DNA from: the human T2T-CHM13v2.0 reference genome, Homo sapiens
Assembly (NCBI RefSeq): GCF_009914755.1
Contig: NC_060936.1
Direction: 5' to 3' (one strand)
DNA: 64,000 nt
Shown here: piece after piece, positions 28,403-42,901 of the stretch
How positions within the stretch are numbered: the first letter of the stretch is position 1
How the letters are laid out: every line of letters starts with the position of its first letter
Made by a program: the position numbers and the translations under genes
The notes under the pieces: model-generated
The model's input: the letters and a program-made list of their open reading frames with translations, nothing else
Databases searched by the model: none
Told to the model about the DNA's origin: nothing

Positions 28403-29032
28403 TAGTAGTTCCCCTTTTTCCACAGTTTTGCTTTCCACAGTTTCAGTGACCCACTATCAACAACGGTCCAAAAATATTAAATGGAAAATTCCAGAAATAA
28501 ACAATTCATAAGTTTTAAATTGTGCACAAATCTGAGTAGCATGATGAAATCTCACATTGTCCTGCTCCCTCCCACATGAGATGTGAATCATTCCTTGTTT
28601 GGCATATCTACACCGTTCACACTACCTGCCCATTAGTCATTTCGTAGCCGTCTTGGTTATCAGATACTGCCACTGTATCACAGTACTTGTATTCAAGTAA
28701 CCCTTATTTTACTTAATTATGTCATCGAAGTGCAAGAGTAGTGATGCTGGCAATTTGGGTATGCCAAAGAGAAGCTGTAAAGTGCTTTGTTTAAGTGAAA
28801 AGGTGAAAGTTCTCAACTTAATAAGTAAAGAAGAAAAGAAAAAATCTTACACTGAAGTTGCTAAGATATACAACTGTAAGATATATTCTTACAGTTGGTA
28901 AGAATCTTCTATGCATGAAATTGTGAAGAAGGAAACAGAAATTTGTGCAATATATATATAAGGTTCAGTAGTATCTGTGGCATCTTCTGAGGGTCTTGGA
29001 ATGTATTACCTGTGGATAAAAGGGGACTAGTG
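28403..29032 (+). mobile_element. MER44/Tigger7-derived DNA transposon
   Basis: degenerate TIRs tagtagttcccc... and ...ggggactagtg followed by TA; ORF 28719-28901 resembles a Tigger transposase N-terminal HTH (LSEKVKVLNLI...SYTEVAKIY). Confidence 0.85.
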
Positions 29033-30316
29033 TATATTCTGCTGTTGTTAATTATAGTGTTATCTAAATTTCATTGATTATTAAGAGAGAAGACCCAAAT
29101 AAATAAAATCAGATATGAAAAAGGAGACATTACAACTGATACCACAGAAATTCAAATAATTATTAGAGGATACTATGAGCAACTATATGCCAATAAATTG
29201 GAAAATCTAGAAGAAATGCACAAATTCTTAGACTCATACAACTTACCAAGATTGAACCATGAGGAATTCCAAAATCTGAACAGACCAATAATGAGTAACA
29301 AGATAGAAGCCATACTGAAAAGTCTCTCAGTAAAGAAAAGCCCAGGACCCAATTGCTTCACTGCTGAATTCTACCAAACATTTAAAGAAGATCTAATAGC
29401 AATCCTACTTGAACTGTTCTAAAAAATGGAAGAGGAGGGAATATTTCCAAACTCATTCTATGAGTCCAGTATTACCCTGATACCAAAACCAGACAAAGAC
29501 ACATCAAAAAAAGAAAACTACAGGCCAATATCTTTGATTAATATTGAATCAAAAATCCTCAACAAAATATTGGCAATCAAAATTCAACAATACATGAAAA
29601 AGATCATTCATTATAACCAGGTGGGATTTATCCCAGAGATGCAAGGATGGTTCAACATATGCAAGTCAACCAGTGTGATACATCATATCAACAGAATGAA
29701 GGATGAAAACCATATGATCATTTCAATTGATGACAAAGAAAGAATTTGATAAAGTTCAACATTTATTCATGATAAAAACCCTCAAAAAACTGGGTGTAGA
29801 AGGAGAATACTTCAACATAATAAAAGCCACATATGACAGACCAACAGCTAGTATCATACTGAGTGGGGAAAAGTGAAAACACTTCCTCTAAAATCTGGAG
29901 CATAATAAGGATGTCCGCTTTCACCACTGTTATTCAACATAGTACTGGAAGTCCTAGCTAGAGCAATCAAATATGAGAAAGAAATAAATGGCACCCAAAT
30001 TGGAAAGGAAGACATCAAATTATCCTTGTTTACAGATGATATGATTTTATATTTGGAAAAAACCTAAAGACTCCACCAAAAATCTATTAGAGCTGATACA
30101 TTCAGTGAAGTTGCAGGATACAAAGTCAACATACAAAAATCAGTAGCATTTCTATATGTCAGCAGTGAACAATCTGAAAAAGAAGTCAAGAAAGTAATCC
30201 CATTTACAATAGCTACAAATACAATCAAAGAACTAGGAATTAACCAAAGAAGCAAAAGATCTCCACAATGAAAACTATAGAACACTGACGAAAGAAATGG
30301 AAGAGGCTTTTTCTAG

Positions 30317-30652
<336 letters not shown>

Positions 30653-30670
30653 TGACTACATGACACTCTT

Positions 30671-30717
30671 CATGTACCCTAGAACTTAAAGTATAACAAA
30701 AAAAAAAAAAAAAAAAA
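30671..30717 (+). mobile_element. 47-nt L1PA 3'-terminal stub with A20 inside the SNX5 retrocopy
   Basis: catgtaccctagaacttaaagtataa followed by poly(A); same motif as the L1PA ends near 37247 and 54468. Confidence 0.88.
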
Positions 30718-31117
30718 GAAAGAACAGACCATGCTGGGCTTATTGTGAGTGTTTTAGAAAATCAAATAAGCTAGTTCTTTCTGCCTTGCTATTCATTTAG
30801 TTTAAAGAGACTTATATCCACTTTTTATAATGGATTGTGAAAATTTTGATTTCATCTACCTACTAGAGTATTTGCTAACTATTGGGTAAGTGGAAAATAT
30901 GTGAAGGAATAGTGTTACAGCTTTGAGGTAATGCATACAGGCTTACATTATTTATGTTGTAAAGTGGTATAAACAGTGTAATGACTTTAGTCTTATTTAC
31001 CTTTAGGTTTGGTTTTTCTCTGGTATGTTCTTTCCAATGTCAGTAGAATTGATTTCTAGGAAACATTAGTATTGGTAATAGTATGTGATAAGATTTCTCA
31101 AAAGTGCTGAAGGAGGC

Positions 31118-31392
31118 CATGCCTGTAATCCTAACACTTTGGGAAGCTGAGGTGGATGGATTACTGAGCTCAAGATTTCAAGACCTGCCTAGGCAACATC
31201 ATGAGACCTTGTCTCTACTAAAAATATAAGAAATTAGCTGAGCATGGTGGCACATACCTGTAGTCCCAGCTACTGGGGAGGCTGAGGCATGAGAATCACT
31301 TGAACCTGGGAGGTAGAAGTTGCAGTGAGCCGAGGTTGCACCACTTCACTCCAGCCTGGGTGACAGAGTGAGACTCTGTCTCCCAAAAACAA
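31118..31392 (+). mobile_element. 5'-clipped Alu inside the retained SNX5 intron
   Basis: 18-nt TSD aaaagtgct(g/c)aaggaggc at 31100-31117 and 31393-31410. Confidence 0.9.
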
Positions 31393-32164
31393 AAAAGTGC
31401 TCAAGGAGGCAGTTTTCAGCCCTTGATTGTTAATTCTTGGCTGCAGGAACAGAGGCTTAGCTGATTTTAAAGGAGATTTCCATGCATTTTGTCCTGCCAT
31501 GCAGACTGAAGAATCTGTCCAAATGACAATTTCTTAATAATTGAACAAAATTAGTACTGAAGCTTATATTTAGATATGTTCTGTTCATTCAAAATCAAAG
31601 TCCTTGATTATCCTTTGGGATTAGGAAAAAAATCCTTTGGAATACTGGAGACTTCATAATCTTGATGGCTAATCATTGGTGTTTAGCATTTGTTGTACTA
31701 GTTTTAGGCCAACATTGAAGCAGTATAGACACTGTTGTGCTCTGAACGATTGTCTGTAATGGATAAACTGGGCAAATGATTGCCATCAAAGTGAATACAG
31801 GAAGATACCTCCTTTTAAATGGCCAGAAGAAATAAGGAAGGTTAAGAAAAAACAGGAGTTGACTTTTAAATAGCCCCATAGGAGTGGAGTGGTTGTCTCC
31901 TGTGGACCAGCAAGAGTAGAATGAGGCACCAGCTAGAAAACATCGCTTCTGGGACAAGAGGCTCATGAGTTCCTGCCTCTGCTGCAGATTCCGCCTGCTC
32001 CTACGAAGGCTGACTTCAATGGTCCTTGAGAGAAGATGCAGAAACTGGGAGAAGGTAAAGGGTCTTTGACCAAAGAAGAATTTGCCAAGATGAAATAAGA
32101 ACTGGAAGCTGAGTATCTCGCTGTTTTTAAGAAGACTGTGTCCTCCCATGAAGCCTTTCTTTAG

Positions 32165-32332
<168 letters not shown>

Positions 32333-35300
32333 TAGATGACTTCTTTGAGCAAGAGAATGACTTCCTTATTAACTATTAGAGTAGGATCAAAGATTCTTGT
32401 GTGAAAGCTGACAAAATGACCAGATCTCATAAAAATGTTGCCGATGACTATATTCACACTGCAGCCTGCTTACATAGCCTGGCTTTAGAAGAGCCCACAG
32501 TCATCAAAAAGTATCTATTGAAGGTTGCTGAGCTATTTGAAAAACTTAGGAAAGTAGAGGGTTGAATCTCATCAGATGAAGATTTAAAGCTAACAGAGCT
32601 CCTCCGATACTACATGCTCAACATCGAAGCTGCTAAGGATCTCTTACACAGATGCACCAAAGCCCTCATTGACTATGAAAAATCAAACAAAGCTCTGGAT
32701 AAGGCCCAGTTTAAAGAGCAAAGATGTCAAGTTGGCTAAAGTACACTAGGAGGAGTGCTGCCAGAAATTTGAATAGCTTTCCAAATCTGCAAAGGAAGAA
32801 CTGATAAATTTCAAACGGAAGAAAGTGGCAGCATTTAGAAAGAATCTAATTGAAATGTCTGAACTGGAAATAAAACATGCGAGGAACAGTGTCTCCCTTT
32901 TGCAGAGCTGTATTGACTTGTTCAAGAATAACTGATATGCCTTCACTCTGAAGAAAAGAAATGAATGTGAAAGAAAGCCAAGCATCACTTGCACTTAAAT
33001 CATTACCAGCGGAAGATTTATTGTCTTCAACTTTAGTTTAAAATTATGTGAATAAATATTTTGATTTCTACAAATCTTAACATTTAACCATGTTGGTTTA
33101 AAAATATTATTGCTTGCTATTTGGACATAACTAATTTTTCCTTGTGCATTTAATACCTCTGGGCAGAATCTAAATACTGAGTTCTCCTGTAGTATGTCTT
33201 TAGTTACTAAGAAAGGATGTAGGAGACATATGCCTTCTGGAAACAAGTAGAAGCAATCATCTGGCCCATGTCCTACAAACCCATGAATGTCAGGGAGGTG
33301 CCAGTTACAGCAGGTGATTCAGCAACTTGAGGCAGGTAACAGACCTTCCATTCCTCACTGAAGGTGGGGTTTGTGTTTTTGTTTTGCCCCCTGTTACTCC
33401 CCTGGTAGTCATCTGGTGTTTGTACTATAACAACAGCAAGAAAATCTCATTTGTCTTTATGTACTCTTGGCACCTCCTTTTTTTAAATCGAGATATAAAT
33501 ATTTGAGGGGAGAAAAGTATCTACGGGTATATATGGAAACTGATAATGTGGTCTACTTTATAAGATGGCCAGATCTACATTAGGAAAAGTATGAGCTCCT
33601 TCCATAGTGTCTGTGGGAGGTGATGGGGGGAGAGGGGACGGTGTATGTCTTTGGCGTTTGTTTTTTTATAAAGTATATAATAAAATAATCATGCTACTAA
33701 AAAAAAGAAATTGAAGAGGACACAAAAAATGGAAAAATAGTCCATGTTCATAGATTGGAAGAAGCAATATTGTTAAGATGCCCACACTACCCAAAGCAAT
33801 CTACAGATTCAATGCAATCCCTATAAAAATACCAATTATGTGCTTCACAGAAATAGAAAAAATAATCCTAAAATTTATGTGGAATCACAAAAGACTCAGA
33901 ATAGCCAAAGTTATACTGAACAAAAACAACAAAACTGGAGGAATCACATTACCTGACCTCAAATTATACTGTAGATCTATAGTAACCAAAAAGGCCAAGT
34001 ACTAGCATAAAAAAACAGACATATAGACCAATGGGATAGAATAGAGAGCCCCAAAACAAATCCACACACTTACAGTGAACTCATTTTTGACAAAGTTGCC
34101 AAGAATATACATTGGGGAAAAGTCTTTTCAATAAATGGTGCTAGGAAAGCTGGATATCCATATGCAGAATAATGAAACTAGACCCTTATCTTTCCGCATA
34201 TACAAAAATTCAAATCAAAATGGATTAAAGACTTGAATATAAAACCTCGAACTATGAAACTACTAAAAAAAAGCATTGGGGAACTCTCCAAGACATGAGA
34301 CTGGGCAGAGATTTCTTGATTAATACCCTACAAGAACAGTCAATCAAAGCAAAAATGGACAAATGGGATCACGTCAAGTTAAAAAGCTTCTACACAGCAA
34401 AGGAAACAACATGAAGAGACAACCCACAGAACCCACAGAAATGGGAGAAAATATTTGTAAACTATCCGTCTGATAAGGGATTAATAACCAGAATATATAA
34501 GCAGCTCAAACTACTTTGTAGGAAAAAGACCTAATAATACTGTTTAAAAATAGCCAAAAATTTGAATAGACATTTCTCAAAAGAAGACCTACAAGTGGCC
34601 AACAGGCATATGAAAAGGTGCTAATATCATTGCTCATCATAGGAATACAACTCAAAACTACAATGAGATATCATCTCTCCACAGTTAAAATGGTTTTTAT
34701 CCAAAAGTCTGGCAACAACAAATTCTGGCAGGGATGTGGAGAAGAGGGAACATTTCTACACTGTTGGTGGGGATATAAATTAGTACAACCACTATGAAGA
34801 AAAGTTTCGAGGTTCCTCACAGACAAAAATAGTGCTACTGTATGATCCAGCAATCTCATTATCAGGTATATATTCAAAAGAAAGGAAATCAATATATTGA
34901 AGAGATATCTGCACTCCTATGCTTGCTCTAGCACTGTTCACAATAGCCAAGATTTGGAGGCAACCTAAGTGTCCATCAGCAGATGTATAAATAAAGAAAA
35001 CGTGGCACTTATACACAATGAAGTACTAGTCAGCCATTAAAAAAAAAAAAAAGAGAATGACATCCTGTCATTTACAACAACATGGAGGGAACTGGAAGTC
35101 ATTATGTTAAGCGACATAAGCCAGGCACAGAAAGACAAACTTCACATGTTGTTCTCACTTATTTGTGAGATCCAAAAGTGAAAACAATTGAACTCATGGA
35201 GGTAGAGAATAGAAAGATGGTTACCAGAGGCTGGGAAAGATAGTGTGGTTGGGGGTGGAGGGCTGAAGAGGAGGGGGGATGGTTAATGAGTACAAAAAGA

Positions 35301-36175
35301 AATAGAATGAATAAGACGTAGTACTTGACAGCACAACATGGGGACTATAGTCAATAATAATTTAATTGTACTTTTTAAAATAACTAAAATAATATAACTG
35401 GATTGTTTGTAACACAAAGGATAAATGCTTGAGGGGATAGATACTCGATTTTCCATGATGTGATTATAATGCATTGCATGCCTGTAGCAGAATATCTCAT
35501 GTACCCCATAAATATATACACCTACTAAGTACCCACAAAAATTAAAAATAAAAAAATTAAATTAAAAAAGGTACAGCATTTTAACCCTTCCTTGGAACCT
35601 AAGCTATGCATCTGAAAGGGGAGTTTTTAACTGTATAAGTCTGTCTAAATGCCTTAGTAACGTGATGAATTATAGTAACTCAGTGTTTTTTCCTCCCTAT
35701 TTGCAGAATGTTAACCATTGCTATGTTTTCCAGAAAAACCCTATATTAGTTAGGATGAGTAAAGTTAGCTGCTATAATACACAAACATCACAACCTGGTG
35801 TTTGATAGAGCCCAGTCAGATGTTCCTGGTTGGCAGATGGTTTTCCTTATGATCTTTCATATGGGTGGATGAGTTCCTTCCATCTTGTGGCTGCATCCCC
35901 TTCTGGATCTTCAGCATTCTCTCTCTTCATTCAGCTAAAGTATAAAGAGAGCACAGGGAAGATATACCTACTTCTTAACTCTTTGTCCAAAAATGACATA
36001 TATCACTTCTTACTTTCTATTAGCCTAAACTTGGTTTGTGGACACATCTGAGATAAAGGCTGCAAAAATATAATCAAACTATGCCTAGGAGGATAAGAAA
36101 TCATTTTGGTAAATGCACAGCAGCCTGCCACAAATTTATTTGAAATTGATAATAATTGTTCTATTTAAGAAAATA

Positions 36176-37265
36176 CCATAAAAACCCTAGAAGAAAACCT
36201 AGGCAACATCATTCAGGTCATAGGCATGGGCAAAGACTTCATGACTAAAACAGCAAAAGCAATGGCAACAAAAGCCAAAATTGACAAATGGGATCTAATT
36301 AAACAAAAGAGCTTCTGCACAGCAAAAGAAAGTAACATCAGAGTGAACAGGCAACCTACAGAATGGGAGAAAATTTTTGCAATCTACCCATCTGACAAAG
36401 GGCTAATATCCAGAATCTACAAAGAATTTAAACAAACTTACAAGGGAAAAAAAAACATCAAAAAGTGGGCAAAGGATATGAATAGACACTCTCAAAAGAA
36501 GACATTTATGCAGCCAACAGACACATGAAGAAATGCTCATCATCACTGGCCATCAGAGGAATGCAAATCAAAACCACAATGAGATATCATCTTGCACCAG
36601 TTAGAATGGTGATCATTAAAAAGTCAGGAAACAACAGATGCTGGAGAGGATGTGGAGAAATAGGAACGCTTTTACACTGTTCATGGGAGTGTAAACCATT
36701 TCAACCATTGTAGAAGACAGTGTGGCAATTCCTCAAGGATCTAGAACTGGAAATACCATTTGACCCAGCAATCCCATTACTGGGTATGTACCCAAAGGAT
36801 TATAAATCATGCTACTGTAAAGACACATGCACACATGTTTATTGCGGCACTATTCACAATAGCAAAGACTTGGAACCAACCCAAATGATAGACTGGATTA
36901 AGAAAATGTGGCACATATACACCATGGCATACTATGCAGCCATAAAAAAGGATGAGTTCATGTCCTTTACAAGGACATGGATGAAGCTGGAAACCATCAT
37001 TCTCAGCAAACTGTCACAAGGACAGAAAACCAAACACCGCATGTTCTCACTCGTAAGTGGGTATTGAACAGTGAGAACACTTGGACACAGAGCAGGGAAC
37101 ATCACACCCCAAGGCATGTCGTGGGGTGGGGGGCAGGGAGAGGGATAGCGTTAGGAGAAATACCTAATGTAAATGACGAGTTAATGGGTGCAGCAAACCA
37201 ACATGGCACATGTATACATATGTAACAAATCTGCACGTTGTGCACATATACCCTAGAACTTAAAG

Positions 37266-37306
<41 letters not shown>
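36176..37306 (+). mobile_element. 5'-truncated L1PA (~1.1 kb) with (TAA)n tail
   Basis: ORF2 C-terminus and 3'UTR; TSD aagaaaata at 36167-36175 and 37307-37315. Confidence 0.94.
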
Positions 37307-37308
<2 letters not shown>

Positions 37309-39826
37309 GAAAATAATAGGGTGTGGCCTGAAGAACATTCAGCCCTGTCCCTTTTGTGTCTGTGATGGGCCTTATGAGACACCCTTCTCAACGGTCTGTG
37401 ATTCTGAACCAAGAGTGTCCTGGTATCTGAACACTAACCTGCCTGAACACTACCCCTGATCCTACCTTTACTTAGAGAGTGGAATCCTCAGATTTTCCTA
37501 ATATGTCGACTAACGTTGTGAGAAGATTGCTATTTGGGATTGGCATTATTAACACCTCAGATGAACTTTATTTGTGGGTAGGTTTTTATTTTTATTTTTA
37601 TTTGTGGGTAGATTTTATTTGTGGATAGGTAGGTACATGGTGGAGGTGAAGGTAGAAAATGGAGCAGAAAAAGCATGCAAAACTCTGTCTTGTAAATACA
37701 ATTAATCGAGTGTCAGATGTTGTGGCTTGAGAGTGTCCTTTTCTAAGATCTGTGAGGGAAATGGTAGACAGGTTGTTTCATCTTCATGCCTTCAATGCAA
37801 TGTCTTAGTGACCAGGTGACTTCATCTCCATTAAGGTAAAATGCCTATGTTCATTAAGATAAGGTTAGATCGCTGTAGCACAAAGGCAGTGGCTTTGAAA
37901 AACACAGAAATTAATTTCTATCACATGTATAAGTATGAAGTGAGCATTCCAGGCTGGCTGACAGCTCCACTCCACATGGTCACTCAGGGACTCATGTTCC
38001 TACAAAAGAGCTGTTTCCCATAACCCCAGAGCCTGTCATCACTTTCACGGTCTCACTGGGTCACCTGGGTTCTACCCGTCCAGAAGGGGAAAGTGGATAC
38101 GGAAAAAGCACCCCGCAATGTTTTAAGAAGTCAACAGGCAAGTACTACACATCATATCACCTGTGCTCATATTTCACTGCTGAGAACTATCCTTTGGTCA
38201 CATCTAATGCAAGGGTATCTGGAAAATACAATATATGTAGGCAACCATATTCTCAGCAACAATCATTTTATTGTGGAGGAAAGCAAGAAAGAATCTTAGA
38301 GGACAGTCAGTAGTCTCTGCCACAGGGTCCATACAACCAAATAATGAGAGTGATAGTTAGAACAGAATCACACTTTTATTGCAAGACAAAAGAGAAGCAT
38401 AATAAGCTTCAAACGTTGATACTATTATTAAGTTATTTAATAGGCCCTGGTGTGTAAAGCATTCAGAAAGTGTAGCTGCATATTCTTCAAATTCATATCT
38501 TAATTTCTTATAAGCATATGAAAATATTTAGAAAATTAAGAATAGTTTTCCACATTTGCTTTCATTCTCAGGACAGCATTTCATTTATGCATTTATGGAG
38601 CCTCTCTGCGTGCCAGTTGCTGTGCTAGACTCTGAAGGTATAAAGACAACTAAGATACAGCTCTGCTCTCAAGAAGTCCACAAACTAGTCATAGATATGA
38701 TCTGGGTTTGGGTTTTTATTGGTTTTGTTTTTACAGTGCTGAATGGTGTGATTAGCGCTGACCTAGAGTTGTGTGCACAACTCAGCATGGGTGCACAGGG
38801 ATGATTCAGGGGGCGTAGTTACAGAACACACGGGGCTAAACCTGAAAGTGAGGGTAGGAGTTGACCAGATGGACCCAAATAGGGAAAAACATTACTCGCT
38901 AAGGAAATGGTGTGGGCAAACTGAGAAAGTATAAAACAGCTCATGTGTGAAAGTGTTAGTGAGTTAGCCTGGAGTCTGAAGTGCAAGTCAGGGCAGAGCG
39001 AGTTGGGCTTATGAGCTTTGCATCGTGAGCTGCTAACAGATTTTATTCTATAGGTGATGTGGCTCCACTGATTCCCAAGACACCTGGTTGGATCTGGATT
39101 TAGAGAAATCATTAGCAATGTAAAATGATAGATTGGAATCTAAGGAGTTCAAAATGCCAGCAGTAAGGCTAAACATGCTGATGCTTTAGCTGAGAAAATT
39201 CTTGTGGAAAGAGTTCCATGTGCCAAAAGAAAAAAAAAAAAAACACTTGACAAAACTCTTAGGAATTTCGTCTTTTGAGAACAAAGTCATAAAAGAAATA
39301 CACTTTTTAATCAAACTTATCATAGTGCCAGGTAGTATAAGAGAAATATATATATATATACACACACACATACACATATATCTTTATATAAAACATAAAG
39401 ATACATATATCTTTATATAAAACAAAGATATATATATCTTTATATATATATATATAACAAAAATATGTATAGCATAAACCACCTTTGAAGGAGACAAGAA
39501 AGTGTGAGCTCATGACATAAGACAGTGTATAACTAGGCACACTGAAAGTGCAGGGGCTCCCAAGGCTGTGAGTATTCAGAGGAGGGAGTTTAAACCATGG
39601 CATAATGAGGGATTGGAACTTTGCCTTGAAAAGAGACAACCTGTCTTGGTTTGACTACGTTTCATAGGTACAAATAGAGGCAGATTCTTCTTCCTCAAAT
39701 GAATGGGCATTTCACCCAAACATACCGACAAGGGAATGGCAGTTGCACAAGCAGCTAATTTCTTCTTCTCTTCCTCTTGAGTACTATAATGGAAGAAAGG
39801 AGAGGATTATTAGCCAAAAAAGGGAA

Positions 39827-40188
39827 TATTATAGTGTGAATATTTATGTTCCCCCAAATTCATATGTTGAAATCCTATTCTTTAAGGTGAAGGTATTAGT
39901 AAGGGGGGCCTCTGGAAAGTGATTAGGGCATGAGAGCAAAGCCATCATGGTTGGATTATTGTACTTATAAAAGAGACCCCAGAGGGCTAACTACCTCTCC
40001 CACCATGTAAGGGCACAGCTGGCACGTGCCATCTAAGAACCAGAAAGCAACCCTCACCAGACACCAAATCTGCTGGTGCCTTGATCTTATATTTCCCAGT
40101 CTCCAGACCAGTAAGAAATAAATTTCTATTGTTTAGAAGCTACCCAGTTTATGGTATTTTGTTACAGCAGCCTGAACAGACTAACACA
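39827..40188 (+). mobile_element. MLT1A-type MaLR solo LTR
   Basis: cccccaaattcatatgttgaaatcc...gaacagactaacaca; perfect 5-nt TSD gggaa. Confidence 0.9.
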
Positions 40189-40632
40189 GGGAATTAATGG
40201 TTAGAATCTCTGTTTCCTCCAGGCAGGATTCAGCAGGAATACTGAAGAAGGGTGATGGAATAATTGTGACAGCCACTGGCTCATCTTAGAAGTCAGTTCC
40301 CTCAGATGAGAACCATAGAGGGTTGGTAGGGCGTAGTGAGAGCAGCAGCTGCCAGTAAGACAGACTGGATGTGAATCCTATGGCCTGAGGCTGTCCCAGA
40401 ATGGTCCCCCATCAAGTGTCTTTATGCTCATGGAGGTACCTTTGTGATTTTTATGGAAAATAGCCACATATTCAGGGGCTGGGCCACTTGTCTCTTCAAG
40501 AACAGGGAGACCCTAGAGACCAAGGAGGGAAAGTCTTTATAAAGTGGCATTTGCTTGAGGGGCTAGAGGACCTGATAAAGGAAATATCCCAGGGACTCTG
40601 TGCAAAGACAGTTTGGTGAGGCAGAGGGCAAG

Positions 40633-41163
40633 CGTGCAGCAAAGAGTTAACACAGCAGGCCTGCTTTAGAAAGGCCTGCTTGCAAGGGTGGCCCTTGGCT
40701 GGTGTCTGGGAACTTGGCTTTCAAGACAGTTTCCACCACCCTGACTGCTAAGGGTAACTCGTGATGCATAAACTACATGTGCCAACAATACAATTTATGC
40801 TTTCTCCCTGAAACTCTGGAATTTTAGTACGTGCTAAGCAGCTGGTGCCTATGTGACCAGCCCCCAATAAAAACCCTGGGCACTGAGTTTCTAACGAGCT
40901 TGCCTGTCAAACAGCATTTCACATGTGTTGTCACAGCTCATTGGGGAGGAATTAAGTACATCCTGTGTGACTTCACTGGGAGACGACTTGGAAGCTTGTC
41001 CTGTTTCCTCCCTACTTTGCTCCATGCACCTTTTCCCTTTGCAGATTTTGCTTTATAGTGTTTCACTGTAATAAATCTTAGCCATCAGTACAACTGTATT
41101 CTGTGTCCTGTGAATCTTCCTAGTAAATCAAACCTGGGGATGGTCTTGGGGATTCCTGAGACA
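40633..41163 (+). mobile_element. ERV solo LTR (MER68-like)
   Basis: gtgcagcaaagagttaacacagcaggcctg...ttggggattcctgagaca; perfect 5-nt TSD gcaag. Confidence 0.85.
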
Positions 41164-41289
41164 GCAAGACTCACTGGAAGGACTCCAGTAGAAAACAGCT
41201 GCTCAGCATTGACACAGATAAACACATATATTTGTTTTAATTTCTATCTTCCAGAATAAGACATTTGATTATTTTAGGTGTATCTTCCT

Positions 41290-41592
41290 TAACAACTGTA
41301 ACTACTCAGAATCTTTCAGATTTTAGGAAGGCACTGAATATACCATATATTATTAAATGCCCCAGGAGGCCTGGGGAATACATACTAATGTACTCAAATA
41401 CATTAGTATGGCTGCTTTTAATACATGAAAAGTCTCACTAAGAAGAATAAATAGAGGTTATATGTAGCCTCACATCAGTCCAGGTCAGGGCTCACCACCA
41501 GATGAGTTTCTGCCAAACTTAGGGGAAAAACACTTAAAATTTTTAGAGCATTTTGAATTTTCGCATTGCAGATAAGGGATTGTGGACCTGTA
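41290..41592. mobile_element. Possible Tigger-like DNA transposon remnant
   Basis: ends gcagataagggattgtggacctg followed by TA, resembling a TcMar TIR; left end unclear. Confidence 0.45.
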
Positions 41593-42901
41593 TTACCCTC
41601 CTTCTTTTGCTTATCCGGAAATTAAGGCTTAGAAAAGTTAATTGATTTGCCAACAGTAGCACAGCTTGTATCTGATCTGGATTTCAAATTTAGGACTGTC
41701 TAGGCTACATGCCCGAGAACTCTTATCTATCACTCTAGACTGTCTTTCTAGCTACTTATTTTAAGAATATGTCTTCAGTGTCTGCATACTACTAAGGAGG
41801 AAGTAATGTGTGAACAAGGGAGAATAGAAAAGAAGAAAGTAATTATATTTTTTTGACATGGCTATTTACATAATTTACTTTCCTTCATGAAATGGATTCC
41901 TAATATATATTTATTGTTACCTTCTGTAAGTCTAACTGCATGACAAGGCCCAAAAGAGAAATATCCACCCATTCTCTCTCCTAGGGTATGTCTGTTATAT
42001 CCTTATAGTCATTCTCAGAGTGTGAGTGAGAGAGTGTGTGTGTGTCTGTATGCATGTGTGTGTGTGTGTGTGCCCCTGTATTTGCATTTTGCCTTCCAAG
42101 GCAGCAGGAGTGTGTCTTATTTTCTCTCTGTTTCTCTTTTATTGCATAATGCTCAATAATTCATTTAAGTTGATATGCTTTCATTAAATTGAGTAGAAAA
42201 TTACCTTGGCTGAATGAAGATAACTCCCAGATTTCTCTGCATGGGGAGGCCAGCCACCTCGCACTTACTGGAGAAAGTTCTTAATAGACTTACCCACTTT
42301 TACCCTCATTGTGGCAACAAAGAAATGGTTTGGAGAAAAGAGAAACAACAGGACTCCTTCCAGTAAAACAGGAAAATATATTTTACATAGGTATTTGCTG
42401 TGAGGAGGATTTGAAGGGACAGGAAATCACTATCAAATACATGTGAACTGCCAAGTTTCATTTTGACTTTTCTGCTCCTACCTGCCTCTCACTTTAAAAA
42501 ATAAGTGCTTGCTTACCCATGTTTAGGCAATAGAAAAAATAAAATAAAAAAAAATAAATGCTGTATCAATTAGATAGATGTCGGTAACCCAGTTTTCTGA
42601 ATCCTGACATCCCAGAATGTAAGAATTTGTCATTCTAATAAGTCTGTTCTGCCTCAACTTGTAAATCAGCTTAATAAAATTCTAAGTGAAATCTCTCGTT
42701 TTTCATTATGTCTGACACAAGCTTAGTAATTCTCAGAAAATAGTCCTTGTGAAATGAAGCTCAGCTGGAAATTCTGATATTCGATGATGCTTACACTAAC
42801 AACTGTCATTCTTGGCAATGGCTTCATTATTCAGTGACACAGTTAAGAGCCTTGTTTTACTTTTATTCAAAAATGTCTTTGTCTTTCTCTGCTTGTTCCA
42901 G

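Noticed and set aside
35745-38325. Faint old MaLR-like segments at ~35745-36130 and ~37850-38325
   Set aside because: Too diverged to assign boundaries or family by eye.
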